Part shown: positions 1 through 12,800 of the stretch, in pieces
Position numbering within the stretch: position 1 is the stretch's first letter
Layout: every line of letters begins with the position of its first letter
NCBI GenBank assembly: GCA_043228905.1
Contig: JBHGNT010000014.1
Location: 16,182,001 to 16,246,000 of the forward strand
DNA from: Azolla caroliniana
Lineage: Eukaryota; Plantae; Polypodiophyta
DNA length: 64,000 nucleotides
Reading direction: 5' to 3'
Made by a program: the position numbers and the translations under genes
The notes under the pieces: generated by a model
What the model was told of the DNA's origin: nothing
Database searches by the model: none
What the model saw: the letters and a program-made list of their open reading frames with translations, nothing else

Positions 1-599
1 TACGAGGAACCTATTTGGTTAGCTTAAGTGTTTAATGCATTTGTTCGCGAGGTCTTGAGTTCAAATATGACCAAGACCATACAACATTGTTGATGCATAT
101 GACTATAAAACATGGGTGGGCATAGAGACATAGTTGACAGTTAACATTTTTCGTGTTTAAACTATTCATGACCGAAACATACATGGTTGAGCCTTGGGGA
201 GCCACCATGAAAAAATCAATATAGAGATCAGGTAAGGACATTCATTTGTCACTCCCATGGTTTTTAAAACACATTTGTGTTACCATAGTAACATGATCTT
301 GAACCTCATCTCATACATCTAGAGGGTATTGACGTGAGATCATGATATTGATTAATGTTTTCCCCGGATATGTTTACATCACGACATAATGTTATGACTA
401 TTTTTCTAACCTTATCCTATTTCTTTGCCAGAAATTATCATTCAAAGGCTCATAATAACGACCCGATGGCATCTGCACAAGCGAAAGGAAATCAAGGAAA
501 TCCTCTTGGGCCAATCCAATCCCCATTGAGTCATATTTTTTACAAATACAAAATTTCCTTAATTCAACCTTGCATCAGATGACCGAACATCGGGAATCT

Positions 600-2696
600 C
601 ATAGTGCTCTCGAGGCACGTGTCATTAGTTTACAACGTGATACTAATAGACCCGATGAGCGTCAAGGTGAACCATCATTTGTCATAGAGCCATTTACATA
701 CTAATAGACCCGATGAGCGTTAGTACGAATATTGCATATGTTGGCCAAGAACTTGGGGGTAAGGCCGCCGCCTGGTGGCATGGGCTCCGAACTTTGGGGA
801 AATTGCTTGATACCTGGACACATTTTGTCACAGTTTTCAAGGGCCAATTTCTGCAACCTCCATCTTGAACCGAGGCAACACAAGCTTTAATGAACCTCTC
901 TAGCATGAAGTTTTCCTCTCTAGAAGACTATGTTCACCATGCTAGCTTGTTTTGTCAATGGAATCCCCAATTCGGACTATCATTGGATAATGCACGATAA
1001 GGATCTCAAATCCTTCGAAGAGGCCGTTGAAAAAGTTCTTCGCTATCAATGCACTTCGAAGAAGGACCATAACAAACCCAACAAAGCGCTAGGGACTAAG
1101 GAGTCGCAATTCGCTGGGAAACCCAAGACACCCAACAAATTCATGGATCACAATTGTAAGTGACAACATCCTTTTTGCGTATTCTGCAAAAACAAGGGTC
1201 ATACAAAAGAGCAATGTCGAAACCTCCAACGGAAAGAGCACGATAGCAAAACAAAAGTTGCAGACCATAAATGTTAGATTCCTAATGTCCTTCAGGTCTA
1301 TACACATCATTTAAGTAATTGTAAATGTTCTTTCCCTCACTATGTATTGGGATCCAATGCTTTACTACGTGCAAACGAGTATATCAATGGATCTCCCGTA
1401 CAATTTGTATTTGATTCAGGAAGCTCACACAACTTTGTGAATGATTGTTTGGTTCAGATATGAGGAATCCAACCCACCATAAGTGATCACACCTATAAGG
1501 TGCACTTGGCTGATGGAAGAGTACAATACATCAACGGGACGATTCATTCATTAGGAATTTCTATTGATACTTATATAGAGGAAGTAGACTTCCATGAATC
1601 TTTGTACCACTGAGGTAATACTGGGTTATCCTTGGTTTTATAATAAACACTCTTCTTTGTCTATTGATTGGGTTCGCCATTCCATTTCCTTTGTACTGAA
1701 TGATTGTACTCATTTTATTCAATGTGTAAATAAATAATCTCTTTTGATTGTTTCCTCTCCATCATTATCCGAGTTGTCTTGTTCTTCTTTATTTTTTTGT
1801 GTACTTGATCCGAACATTCACGTTTATAATATCGATAATGTCTCAGGTCAATTATCATAGTTTGAACAACAACAACTTGATGAAATCTTTAATGATCTTC
1901 GTGATGTTTTTCCAAGTGAACTACCACATGGGTTACTTCCTAAACATAATATAGACCATCGTATAGATATTGTACCTAGTGTTGCACCAATAAGTATACC
2001 TCCTTATCGCTTAAGTCAATCCGAAGAGGATGAGGTATCTCAGCAACTCAAGGACTATTTACGAATGGGTTATATAAGTTATAGTAAATCTCCATGGGGT
2101 GCACCTATTCTCTTGGTAAAAAAGAAAGAGAGCACATGGCGTATGTGTATTAATTACCGACGCTTGAATAAAGTGACGATCAAGAATTCATAGCCATTGC
2201 CCTGGGCTGACGATCTGATTTACTATCTCCAGGGAGCTCGATATTTTACGAAACTTGATCCTATACGGGCTAACATCAAATTCGTATAAGTGCGGAAGAT
2301 GTTCCTAAAATGACATTTCGTACGCGCTATGGCCATTATGAGTTTTTGGTTATGCCTTTCGGTTTGACCAATGCTCTGGCCACATTTCAACAAGAAATGA
2401 ATGACATTTTCCGAGAACAACTTGGAAAATTTGTCGTTATTTTCTTGGATGATATTCTAGTTTATAGTTGTACATTAGAAAAACATGCTAAACATGTCTA
2501 CTTTGTTTTACAAACATTACGTGACAAACAATTTTACGTGATGTTGTGAAGATTTTCGGCAACGGTGTGAAAATCACGTGGAAAGGAGACACCCGAGAAG
2601 GGTTCACTTTCGCACTTCTCTTACTGTTTTTTCTCAGTGAGTTATCCCACATATATATGAAGCTAATACAACTCTCTCAATATATATACTAACTTA

Positions 2697-2734
<38 letters not shown>

Positions 2735-4667
2735 CACATATATATATGACTATGTATATATATGTATGTGTGTATTCGTCTGAACTTTTATTCGACCGAA
2801 TCCCATTTCGGCTTTTTGGTCGATTTCGGCCAACCAACTCTCATTTTAGCTTTTTGGTCGATTTCAGCCAACCGACTCTCTTTTCGGCTTCCTGACCGAT
2901 TTCGGCCAGCCGAACTCATTTCGGCTTTCCGGCCGACTCCCCCACAAGGAGGGACAATCTTATATAACACAATTGACTTACCACTAAGCCAAGTCATTTC
3001 TTTAAAAGTTATATTTTCTATTATATTCTTCACATGTAAAGACCCTAAAGGTCGTAAGGCACGATGGGCAAATCTCATCCAAGACTTTGATTTTTCCATA
3101 AGATATCGTAAAGGTTCCATGAACATTGTCGTTGATGCACTAAGTCGCATCCGTGAAGTTAACATGCTTACCTTCACTAAAATAACACAAGATCTTTATG
3201 ATCACCTTCAAGGAAAGTATCCTGATGACAGTTATTTTGCGAAATACTGGGCAAGAGTTGAGTCTGGAACAGACATCACCACATCCTCGAAGGAATACTT
3301 CCACATTGCTAACAGTCTACTCTATCGTAATGGGAAGGTTTGTGTTCAAGATTTGCCTAAGGTAAAAAAGATAATTCTTTTTGAATGCCATGATGCACCC
3401 TTAGTAGGCACCTTGGAATACATCGTACACTCATTCTCATCTCCACTCAATTCTATTGGCCTAAGATGTGTCCTGGCATACATAGTTATGTGACTAAATG
3501 TCACCAGTGTCAGGTTAACAAAGTCAAGTGACTTAAAGCCGCAAGACTTTTACATCCCTTGGACATTCCCAATAATAAGTGGGAAAGTATATCAATGGAT
3601 TTTATTGTTAGCCTTCCTTGCACCCAAAAAGGCTATGATGCCATCTGGGTTGTGGTTGATTGACTAACTAAAATGACCATATTTATTGCTACTAAAACCA
3701 CGGTAACAGTTCATGAATGGGCTTACTAATTTGTTGATGAGTTATTTCAATTTTATGGGTTACCGATGGATATCATGAGTGATCAAGATCCAAAGTTTAC
3801 TAGCGACTTCTGGACGTAAGTCTTTAAGAAGTTAGAAACTACATTGAGCATGAGCTCCACGGATCATCCTCAATCCAATGGAAAGGCAGAACGAGTAAAT
3901 CAAATTATTGAGGACATGCTCCGTGCATATGTTAGTACAAAACCAACAAAATGAGAACATTATCTCCCAATTTTGGAGTTTGTTTATAACAGCTCCAAGC
4001 ATACGTCGACGGGATATAGTCCTTTTATGTTGATGTATGGTTTTCAACCACGAGCCCCAGTTGATGTTAATATACATCATGATGAGTTGCGAAGTACGCA
4101 AAACTTTCTTCGGGATATACAAGATATGTTGCATATTGCACAAGATAATATAAAAACAGCTCAAGATAGAGCGCGTTTTTATGCCGATCATAATAGGCAA
4201 CCTCGTGTATTCAACCCTAGACAAAAGGTATTTTCACGTGTACCTCACAATTCTAAGGCACTATCTACGAGTAAGTGCGCTAAGTTAGCCCCACGGTTTG
4301 TGGAACTTTTACAGTCCTCAAACACATTGGTTCATCAGCCTATCGTCTAACTCTTCCTGATGGCGTTGAAACTCATCTAGTTTTTCATGTAAGTCGTCTA
4401 AAAGAACTTCTAGGTTATGGTGACAATACAGTGACAACTGAAACTCTGGTTACTTCTGAAGAATTATCTTCTAAACCACATGTGCCAAAAAGAATTCTCG
4501 ATGTTAAAACAAAAAAATTGCGTTCTAAAATAATCAGAGAATTTAAAATTAAATGGATGGATAAGTCTATAAAAGATGCCACATGGGAACACGAAAATAC
4601 TCTTAGAACTAACTTCCCTAAGTTTTCATTACAAGAGTGTAATGTTTTGACTACGTCGAGACTCTGA
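600..4667 (+). mobile_element. Degenerate Ty3/gypsy chromovirus internal region (gag-PR-RT-partial RH-IN-chromodomain)
   Basis: Gag knuckle CVFCKNKGHTKEQC ~1174-1216; protease FVFDSGSSHNFV ~1403-1440; RT ([20 protein letters not shown]...FLDDILVYS, 2310-2549); RH end GRKARWANLIQDFDF ~3050-3095; integrase ([10 protein letters not shown] ~3580, EFVYNSSKHTSTGYSPF); chromodomain PKRILDVK...IKWMDKSIKDATWE (4431-4667). Many stops and frameshifts; no LTR pair recognised. Confidence 0.9.
2542..2969. mobile_element. Solo-LTR-like insertion replacing the RT thumb/RNase H of the chromovirus
   Basis: The RT frame breaks after KQFYV and pol resumes only at the RNase H C-terminus. The intervening DNA starts TGTTGTG, ends TATAACA, and contains (CA)n and short TTTCGGC/ACCGA repeats. 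No TSD visible. Confidence 0.45.
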
Positions 4668-5533
4668 CATTGTGGTGGGCCAACTCTTGTAGCTAAATTC
4701 AAGTCTACTTGGGTAAACTATATGGAACCCCCTTACATGTCCCAATTGTTCGCACACTAGATTCTTTGAGTTATAGGCATAGTTTAGAGCCATCAATAGC
4801 CAAGTATTGTCACCAACAGGACTTTTATTTTCTTGGAGTACCAACCAAACATAACCATTTTAGACTACATATGTTATTGAACAAAGGTGGATGCAACATT
4901 ATAACAAAAAGAAAACTTGTACATGCAATGGAATGTGGTACTTATAATTCATGAATGCTATCAAGATTGCATATCCCAAAATCATACAAATAATCATCCT
5001 TGATAATTGGCCAAGTCCGCTTTAAACCTTTAAAGTTTTGTTCCATAAAACAAGTTGAAAGAGTTGTCGTTGCTATTGTTCCATGCCGATTTCAAATTTC
5101 TTTTGTGCAATCTTTGGGCAATCCTTGTTATTTGTTTTGAGTGTGTAAATAAATGTACACTATTTGTTAGTTATAATCCTTTTTGCAGCATTTCATATCC
5201 GTTCCCTCTATGTTTTGTTTTAACCTTATTAACTTCATATTTAACCGGCATTATTGTTTAAAGGATTGACTCATGAATTTGAAAGCTTTCCCACACTCGC
5301 AGACCATATAACTTCCCTTCAACCAATTCATAGAATCCCTTTTCATATCTTTACTTCTTTAGTTGCATCCTTCAATGAGTTTTGTTGTCCAAGGGGCTAC
5401 TACAGCTTTGGTAAATTCACAATTCCCCGATCCTTATTTATTTGCAGCAGCATTGTCATCTAACCGTGGGTTTTGAACCGTACGCCATTGCGCTTTTCTT
5501 GTCTTATATAATTTTTCCCATTCTCGTAGCAAC

Positions 5534-5815
5534 TAGGAATCAGCAACAGTTCGGTTTCGGCTTAACCGGTTTGGCCTTGTCCACACCAAACAGGTTAAGT
5601 CTTAACCTGTTTGGGAGTTTCCACATTTGAACCTAGTCGGGTCCTAAAGTGGATAAGGCTAACAGGTTAAGCCTAAACCGGGGGTTTGGCCCAAATCGGT
5701 TCAGTTCAGCATGAGCCATCCCAAACCGGTTAAGGAAGCTCATGCCTAAACCGAACCACCAAACCGTTTTTAAACGGTTCAGTTCAAGCTTGCGCCGAGC
5801 CATTGCCAATTCCTG
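5534..5815. mobile_element. Non-autonomous hAT element (MITE), copy 1
   Basis: TIRs TAGGAATCAGCAA / TTGCCAATTCCTG; 8-bp TSD GTAGCAAC (5526-5533) / GTGGCAAC (5816-5823); many subterminal AACCG/CGGTT motifs. Confidence 0.8.
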
Positions 5816-5864
5816 GTGGCAACATCACCTAGCATCACCATCTCCATCTCCATCATTGTCATAA

Positions 5865-8432
5865 TCATCTCAAAGGTATCCAGCTCTTCATGCACGACCA
5901 CGCAAGCCTGCGTTTCTTGACATCATCTCCTGAGCTGCTGCATGATCTCAATGCCTCCAGCTCCCTTAAGCTCTTATGAAGCTTGCTCTGTGCACTCGAG
6001 CACGCAGCTCTAGCGTCTTTTGCTTCCGCCCGAGCCTCAAAAAGCTCTCTTCTCAGTTTCTCCAGTTCCTCCACCACAGCTTTGCCTACCTTCAATGACG
6101 ATGATGATGATAGCGTTGTCGTGCAAAACATTCTAGTCTCTTTTTGCACTTCTAAATGGCCTTCCTCATCTCCATCTCCCTTCATTTCAATCTCAGCATC
6201 TTCCAGCTTGCCATTAGTAGCTGCCATTGCAGCACTATAATGTCCAACTTTAGTTACATCAAGAGTCATATTGGCATTGTGTCCTTGCCGATTATAAGTG
6301 GCCAGAGCTTTTAAAGCCTCGCCCAGGACCTGCAATAGTTCAGAAACATCGGCAGCAAAACCTGTGAAATTAGCACATGAACCGTATACTTCCCTCGTCC
6401 TAAGCTCGATCAGATATCTTTCTTTCTTCGCAGAGAGCCCCAAAGTTAAGGCTCTAGCTTTCACCTCCATTTCTAACAATCTGCCATGGAGATCCACCAA
6501 TTCAGCTTCCTTCTTTTCGAGTTCGCACATGAGAGTTGTTGTCGTCCTATTATTTCTACATACTTGGTCCTTGAGAGCTTGCAATTCCACTTGGTTTTCT
6601 TCGAGCTCCATAACCAGTGCAGCAAGCTTATGATCTGTACTTGATTGCTCTAGATTAAGCATACACCTACCACACTTTGTATCCCAATTAGCAGCCAATT
6701 TGCACTCAAGCGATGAAGAAGAAGAGCATTTGCTCGCTTGATCTTGCAACTCCCATCTGCTTTCTGTAACTTCAGCTTGTAGCAAATAAAGCTTCGCAAC
6801 TGCAGAGGTTTCCCTTTCTTTGAGAGCCAGTATTTCTGCTTGATTTCTCTCTGCCATTTCTACCAGGCTGGCAGTTAGCTCTGCTATTTTAGCCTTCGCA
6901 TTCCATTCCCTGCGTTGTGATTCAAGGGCATCCACTAGGTTTTGCTCAAGCTGAACTTTGAGAAACTCGAGGGAGGAAGATAAAACACTCCCTTGTAAAG
7001 CCATGGCCAATGCGATTTCGTGTGCACCCTCAAGGTCTTTGGAGGCCTTGTCAAGCAAACCAAGGGCTACAATTTCGGCATTTCTCGCCTCTTCTCTTTC
7101 AAAGAGTGCTGCTTCCAGCTTGGCTTGAGTATCTACTACCACCACATCTAGAGCCTTCTTCCATTCGGCCTCAGCTTTCGCAGCTGCACTGAGTGAAGCT
7201 TCCAAAGAAGCTGTTCGATCTCTAAGAATATGTGCCTCTGAGGAGGCTTTCACCTCAGCAAGCTCCCTTGTGAGGATCTCAACTTCGGCCATTGCCCGAG
7301 CAGCTGACTCGGTTGCGTCTTTCAAACTGGCCTCTCGGTTAGCCAACTCGATTGCCGATTCCCGTGAAATCCTTTCGCAGGCCATGTTCGCCTCCATGAG
7401 GTTCTGCTTCGTAACCGCAAGTTCTTCCAGCAGCAGCTCTTCCATTGCTCCTGATCTACCAGAAGCATCACCAGCAGTAGTCCTAACCAGTTCCTTATCC
7501 ATCTCAGTGGCAGCACTGGCAGTAGCAGATTCAATCTTGGTTCGGAAGAGCTCAATCGAGAGCTCCTCGACGCGTTTGGCTGTAGACTCGGCTGCATTCA
7601 TCGCCTCTCCAGCAAGCCTCACCGCTTCATCTTTGGCTTCCACACAAACTAGAAGCTCATACTTCAAACTTCCTAAGGCTTGCTTGTTAAGCTGCAGCTC
7701 AAAAAGTGCAACATCATACTGCTCCTTCATGCTATCTAGCTTTGCCTTCCATTCCTCTGCGGCTGTGATCATCGTGCTAGTATAGCTTATAACATGGTCA
7801 TGATTCACATCTAGCATCATCTCTCCATGTGCACAAGGAGATCGAAGGGCCTTATCTCGTAATTTGGAAGCTTCGTTCACCTCATTGTTAACTTTGATAG
7901 TGAGGTGATCCACATTCTTCTTTGCGCGTGCAAGGTCGTGTGCCAAGCTAGACTTCGATTTCTCGAGTAATCCGAGTTGCTCCTTCGCTTTAGCAAGATC
8001 TTCCTGCACCTGCTGCAAGTCGAAATCCGAGACCTTCGCAGCTACTGTTGTTCTTTTCAGCAGCTGCTAAGAAAAAGAAAACCAGCCATGGTTTTTTAGC
8101 ATTAGAACAACACCATGTGAAATTTGGTTCCTTCCCTTCCATCATATGAATAAAATGAAAACAAAATGAGCTAGTCTCAGCTTTCTTGCTATTTTTCCCA
8201 AGATTGCATAGAATAGAATGAACAGCAAATTATTGGAAAATCAGAACTCAATTTCGCTTCCAGATTCCTTCATGATTCTTACAGAACTCAATTTAGGTTT
8301 CCAGATTCCTTCATGATTCTCGCAGAACTCAATTTAGGTTCCAGATACCTTCATGATTCTTACAATGGGAGTATATACCTCTGCGCAGCTTGGAGAGCGG
8401 CCACCCGACCTGATTCTTGGAAAGCTCGCCAT
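5865..8432 (-). CDS. WEB/WEMBL-family long coiled-coil protein (WEB1/PMI2-like); exons 8432-8379 and 8066-5865
   Basis: 717-aa heptad-rich ORF. The segment WKAKLDSMKEQY...AKDEAVRLAGEAMNAAESTAKRVEELSIELFRTK resembles WEB proteins. An upstream exon MASFPRIRSGGRSPSCAE splices in frame via GT (8378) and AG (8067), with an in-frame TGA upstream of the ATG. Confidence 0.8.
8241..8361. repeat. ~40-bp tandem repeat x3 in the WEB gene intron
   Basis: CAGAACTCAATTT(AG/CG)...CCAGATTCCTTCATGATTCT repeated three times. Confidence 0.85.
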
Positions 8433-8559
8433 GAAAATGAATTTATAGATTTGCAGCTCTGTTACATAAATACATTTTCAACTCCAAATTTTCTACTGCT
8501 CTGTCGTATTCCCACAAAAGTTGATCTCATGCACTCATTGGCGTATAAGCTCTGCTGTG

Positions 8560-9715
8560 ATATAACCCCAAAACCTAGACCTGAATTGGGCCCAAATCTA
8601 TGTTATAGCCCTAAACCTAAACCTGAATTCGGTACGCAGGTGTGACATAACCCTAAACCTGAATTGGGCCCCGAGTTATATTGTAACCCTAACCATGTGT
8701 TGGGCCCAAAGAATCTTCCAACCTTAAACCTGGATTGAGCCCAGAGCTATGTTATAACCCTTAACCTGGATTCAAGGATTGAACCCAGAGCTATGTTAGA
8801 ACCCTAAACCTTGATTGGGAGGTATGTTAATAACCTAAAGCTGAATTAGGGCCAGAGCTATGTTAGAACCCTAAACCTTGATTGGGAGGTATGTTAATAA
8901 CCTAAAGCTGAATTAGGGCCAGAGCTATGTTATAACCCTAAACCTGGATTGGGCACCGAGTTATGTTATAACCTTCAAGCTCAGTTGGAGCAAGACCAAT
9001 GGTACAATCCTAAACCCCAGTTATATTAAACCCTTAAACCTTAAGCCTGGATTGGATTCAGCGCTATGTTGCAAACCTTAAAACCTTCAAGCTCAGTTGG
9101 AGCAAGACCAATGGTACAACCCTAAACCCCAGTTATCTTAAACCCTTAAACCTTAAGCCTGGATTGGATTCAGCGCTATGTTGCAAACCCTAAAACCTTC
9201 AAGCTCAGTTGGAGCAAGACCAATGGTACAACCCTAAACCCCAGTTATCTTAAACCCTTAACCCTTAAGCCTGGATTGGATGCAGCGCTATGTTGCAAAC
9301 CCTAAAACCCGGGTTGGGGTGAGAGCCCTAAAACCCCTGAAATCCTATAAGACCCTAAAACTCTTGAAATCCTATAAGACCCTAAAGCCCCTGAATTCCT
9401 ATAAGACCCTAAAACCCCTGAAATCCTATAGGACCCTAAAACCCCTGAAATCCTATAAAACCCTAAAATCCCTGAAATCCTATAAAACCTTAAAACCCCT
9501 GAAATCCTATTAAACCGTAAACCCCTGTAAAACATTAAAACCCCCTAAAATCCTGTAAAACCTTAAAACCCCCTGAAATCCTGTGAAACCCTAAAACCTC
9601 CTGAACTCCTGTGAAACCCTAAAACCCCCGAACTCCTGTGAAGCCCTAAAACCCCCCTGAACTCCTGTAAAACCCTAAAACCCCCTGAACTCCTGCAAAA
9701 CCCTAAAACCCAAAA
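8560..9715. repeat. Composite minisatellite rich in CCCTAAA (telomere/telo-box-like) motifs
   Basis: ~33-bp units with a 67-bp duplication (8785/8852); 112-bp unit x3 (8971, 9083, 9195); 27-29-bp units AAGACCCTAAAACCCCTGAAATCCTAT at ~9325-9710. Confidence 0.9.
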
Positions 9716-9789
9716 AAAACCTGCACAGGAGTAAAAGCTCTTGAACCTAAGCAGGGGAAACTAAGGTCTTGCATGTAGAATAAGATTAA

Positions 9790-9790
<1 letters not shown>

Positions 9791-9826
<36 letters not shown>
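9791..9826. repeat. (TG)n microsatellite
   Basis: Direct reading. Confidence 0.95.
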
Positions 9827-9827
<1 letters not shown>

Positions 9828-12800
9828 AAATTGGAATGATATGATAGAGAGACAAGACATACCAACTGGACACAGCAAAAACACATATGTATACAGTATA
9901 TGTATTCATAGCCAAATTGGACACACACAAACACACACATATGATGAGCTTTCTCTCGGCTTCGTTGATCGTGCTCTCGGTGTTCTTCCAAATGAATATC
10001 TCGCAAATTTCGTGTCTCATATTTTTGTGCTGGGTTGTTGTATGAGTTCGATCAAAATTATCATTTTTTGGGGTGCTTTGTCCGTGTCTTTGTTCGGTAA
10101 TCCGAGAAGCATGTGGAACCAACCTCATGAGTCATTGTTTCTTTCTTTTCGCCTTCGCAAGGCCCTATGCTAGCGAGGTGTTGTTCTTATTGAACGGCGG
10201 TACTTCATTCTCTTTTTATTCTATGTCAAATGCGTGTGTTTGCAGTAAGGTGCAATTGAAGCTTCTCAATACTCTCACATTCTTGTAGCCTTGTAGTATA
10301 CAACGTTATTGAAACAATGAAAACTAAAGGCTAGTAGCCCATTCACGTTGAAATTATAATCGTACCTTATAACAAGCATGAGCAAAGCTTTTTGCCAATT
10401 TACAAAAATGATATTAAGCACATTGAATCCAGCTTGCAATCTCTTTAAGCAATGACAGATTTATATATGAATGATCATGTGTTGATACGAACAATAATTT
10501 ATACATTATCAAATACACAGATATACATCCTCAACATGCAAGACATAGGATCAACACTCGTGTAGAATTGTAAATTCCCATTCAGAGATGCAAATATAGC
10601 TGATATAAAAACTCAAAACACAAGGCTTTGTCCATTAAAATAAGCACCATTACGATCCTAATTTCTCAAATTGACGTGCAATTTTAGTTATGGTAATAAC
10701 TTCTTGCAAGGGAAAATAATAGAATTTGGCAAAAAAATTGGTGTCCCACGCACGCACACACACACACACACACATATATTCTAGCAAGGATATGGAATTC
10801 AGTATTATACTCTAGTGAGCAAATAGAATTTATGAAATACAATGGTGGGATTAAGAAAGAAGGAAAAAAAAATTCAGAAGAATTTGAAGATGGATATTCC
10901 TTAGATGAAGAAAATGTAGCTAGGTGGTTCTTGTTAAGGAAATGGTTAATCTCTGTGGTTTTGTGGTTTTGTGGTGAGTTCAGAGTTGAGTACAATACGT
11001 CCTCACACAAGGAGTATGAGTGATAAAAGAATAAAAGTAATCTCGATCGATGCAAAAGGCCTTCATACAAAGAGTGTGAGTACGAGAGCACAAGGATTTT
11101 GACACCAAGAGCATGATTGCGAGAGCTTAAAGAATGTGAATGATTAGAAATTAAGAGCGGATGCTTTGAACATTATAACTACACTACACAAATATTTATG
11201 AACTTATATTATTGATGAGTAACTATGGAACTGAGTTAGCACGATTTTGCCACGGTTCTTGTAGTAAGTAAGTAGAACATTCGGAATCTACTCCAATTTC
11301 CCAAATTCGACACGCACACCCGCATGTGTGTTGATGGTTGTGACTACAAAAGCTCTTGATTACTCAACGAGAAGGACTAGTAGAGACATAACCTTGAAAT
11401 CCAAATGTTCTTGGGAATAGCAATTTCTATGAAGCGCATTGTAATGCACATATGCATCTAGTCTAATGCACATATGCATCTAGTCATTTATTATTGGCAT
11501 ACTTACACCAACTCACTATACTCCCTCACTTGGACCATTCGTAAATAGGCTATGATGATATACCTTTTGGCGAAAGTATTATGACTGCAAATTATACAAA
11601 AATCATGATTTTGGCTTCTTAAGTAGCTTATAAAATTTGTTCCTATGGTTTCAATGATAGTATTTGTACATTTTACCTCCAATTCCCACTTTGTTTGACT
11701 AAAATGCGATAACTGTATGACTTGGCAAATCAACATTACAAGAATGCAACTTTTACTTGTCCAAGTAACTTATATATTTGACATGACACGGTCCATCATA
11801 ACACCATACCCAATGTCAACTATCTTGCTAGTTTGTAGATGTAAACACCATACACTTCAAATGTCAAGGATACCTTCTAAGAAGCAACCTACAAATCCAT
11901 GTTTATTGTTATTGTAATTATTTTGTGGTTGTATTCATTCATTGAAATGCTCAAGTTTCTTGGAGCATCTTTGGGCTTTGTGGCAATCCAAACTTACATT
12001 TATGATAGTCTCCATAGAAGGTCAAGGAACCTCAACTAATTTGAAATGCATGCAAGGTTTTCAAACCCAAGCTTAGCCACTTCCATAAATCTCTTTATAT
12101 GATCCTTGGGATTTTGCAACCAACAGTATGGGTCAATTGAAGCTTTGTTGTTTGATACTAAATCATAAGGGCCATATTTCAAGATTACACACAACCATTC
12201 ATTAGTGAATTGGACCTTCCAAAAAATGTTGCATGAAGGCATCTTTGTTGGGATACATTTGTTTATGTTATAACTTTACAAGCTTGATGTTGTCACACAT
12301 TCCATAATACAAAATGTGAAAACAATAGATATTATTGCCCTTTAAAATAAAACATGAAAATATAGTACTAAAGGTCCTTGAAGAAACCCTAGCGTGAACA
12401 AGTTGTACATATTTATTTGTTAGATTATGCACATACATCTAACAAGTGTGTATTGTTCTTAGCTCTAAAGCAAATTGGGAAGCATTGCCTTCATTTTGTA
12501 CACAATAGGACATTAGATACTTTACCCATATCTACCTCCATCTCACAATTTAATAATTTATAACCCTACATTATTAAACTAAATGATGGTATGGTGGCAA
12601 AGATCGTGCTTAAAGCTTAAAGTTGAGTGTTCAATATCGCATTCATTTTAATGTTTCTTAATTTGACATCATGTACACTAATAGTTTCTCCTAAAAATGA
12701 CTTTACACAACCAAGAGTTGAAAATGGTAATATTGCCTCTAAATGAAAATGTTAATAAATTCATATTCATGGCCTTACATGAACTAATTTAAATACATGA

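Noticed and set aside
2762-3493. 243-aa ORF as a novel fusion protein
   Set aside because: Chance read-through from the inserted segment into decayed gypsy RH/IN.
5983-7785. Ser/Ala-rich plus-strand ORFs
   Set aside because: Antisense shadows of the coiled-coil WEB CDS.
9280-9535. ORFs with KTLKPLKSY / RISGVLGSY repeats
   Set aside because: Translation artefacts of the 27-bp minisatellite.
8560-9715. CRISPR-like or true telomere array
   Set aside because: Units are contiguous with no unique spacers and no cas genes. CCCTAAA is interspersed rather than in perfect tandem, and the site is internal to a gene-rich region.
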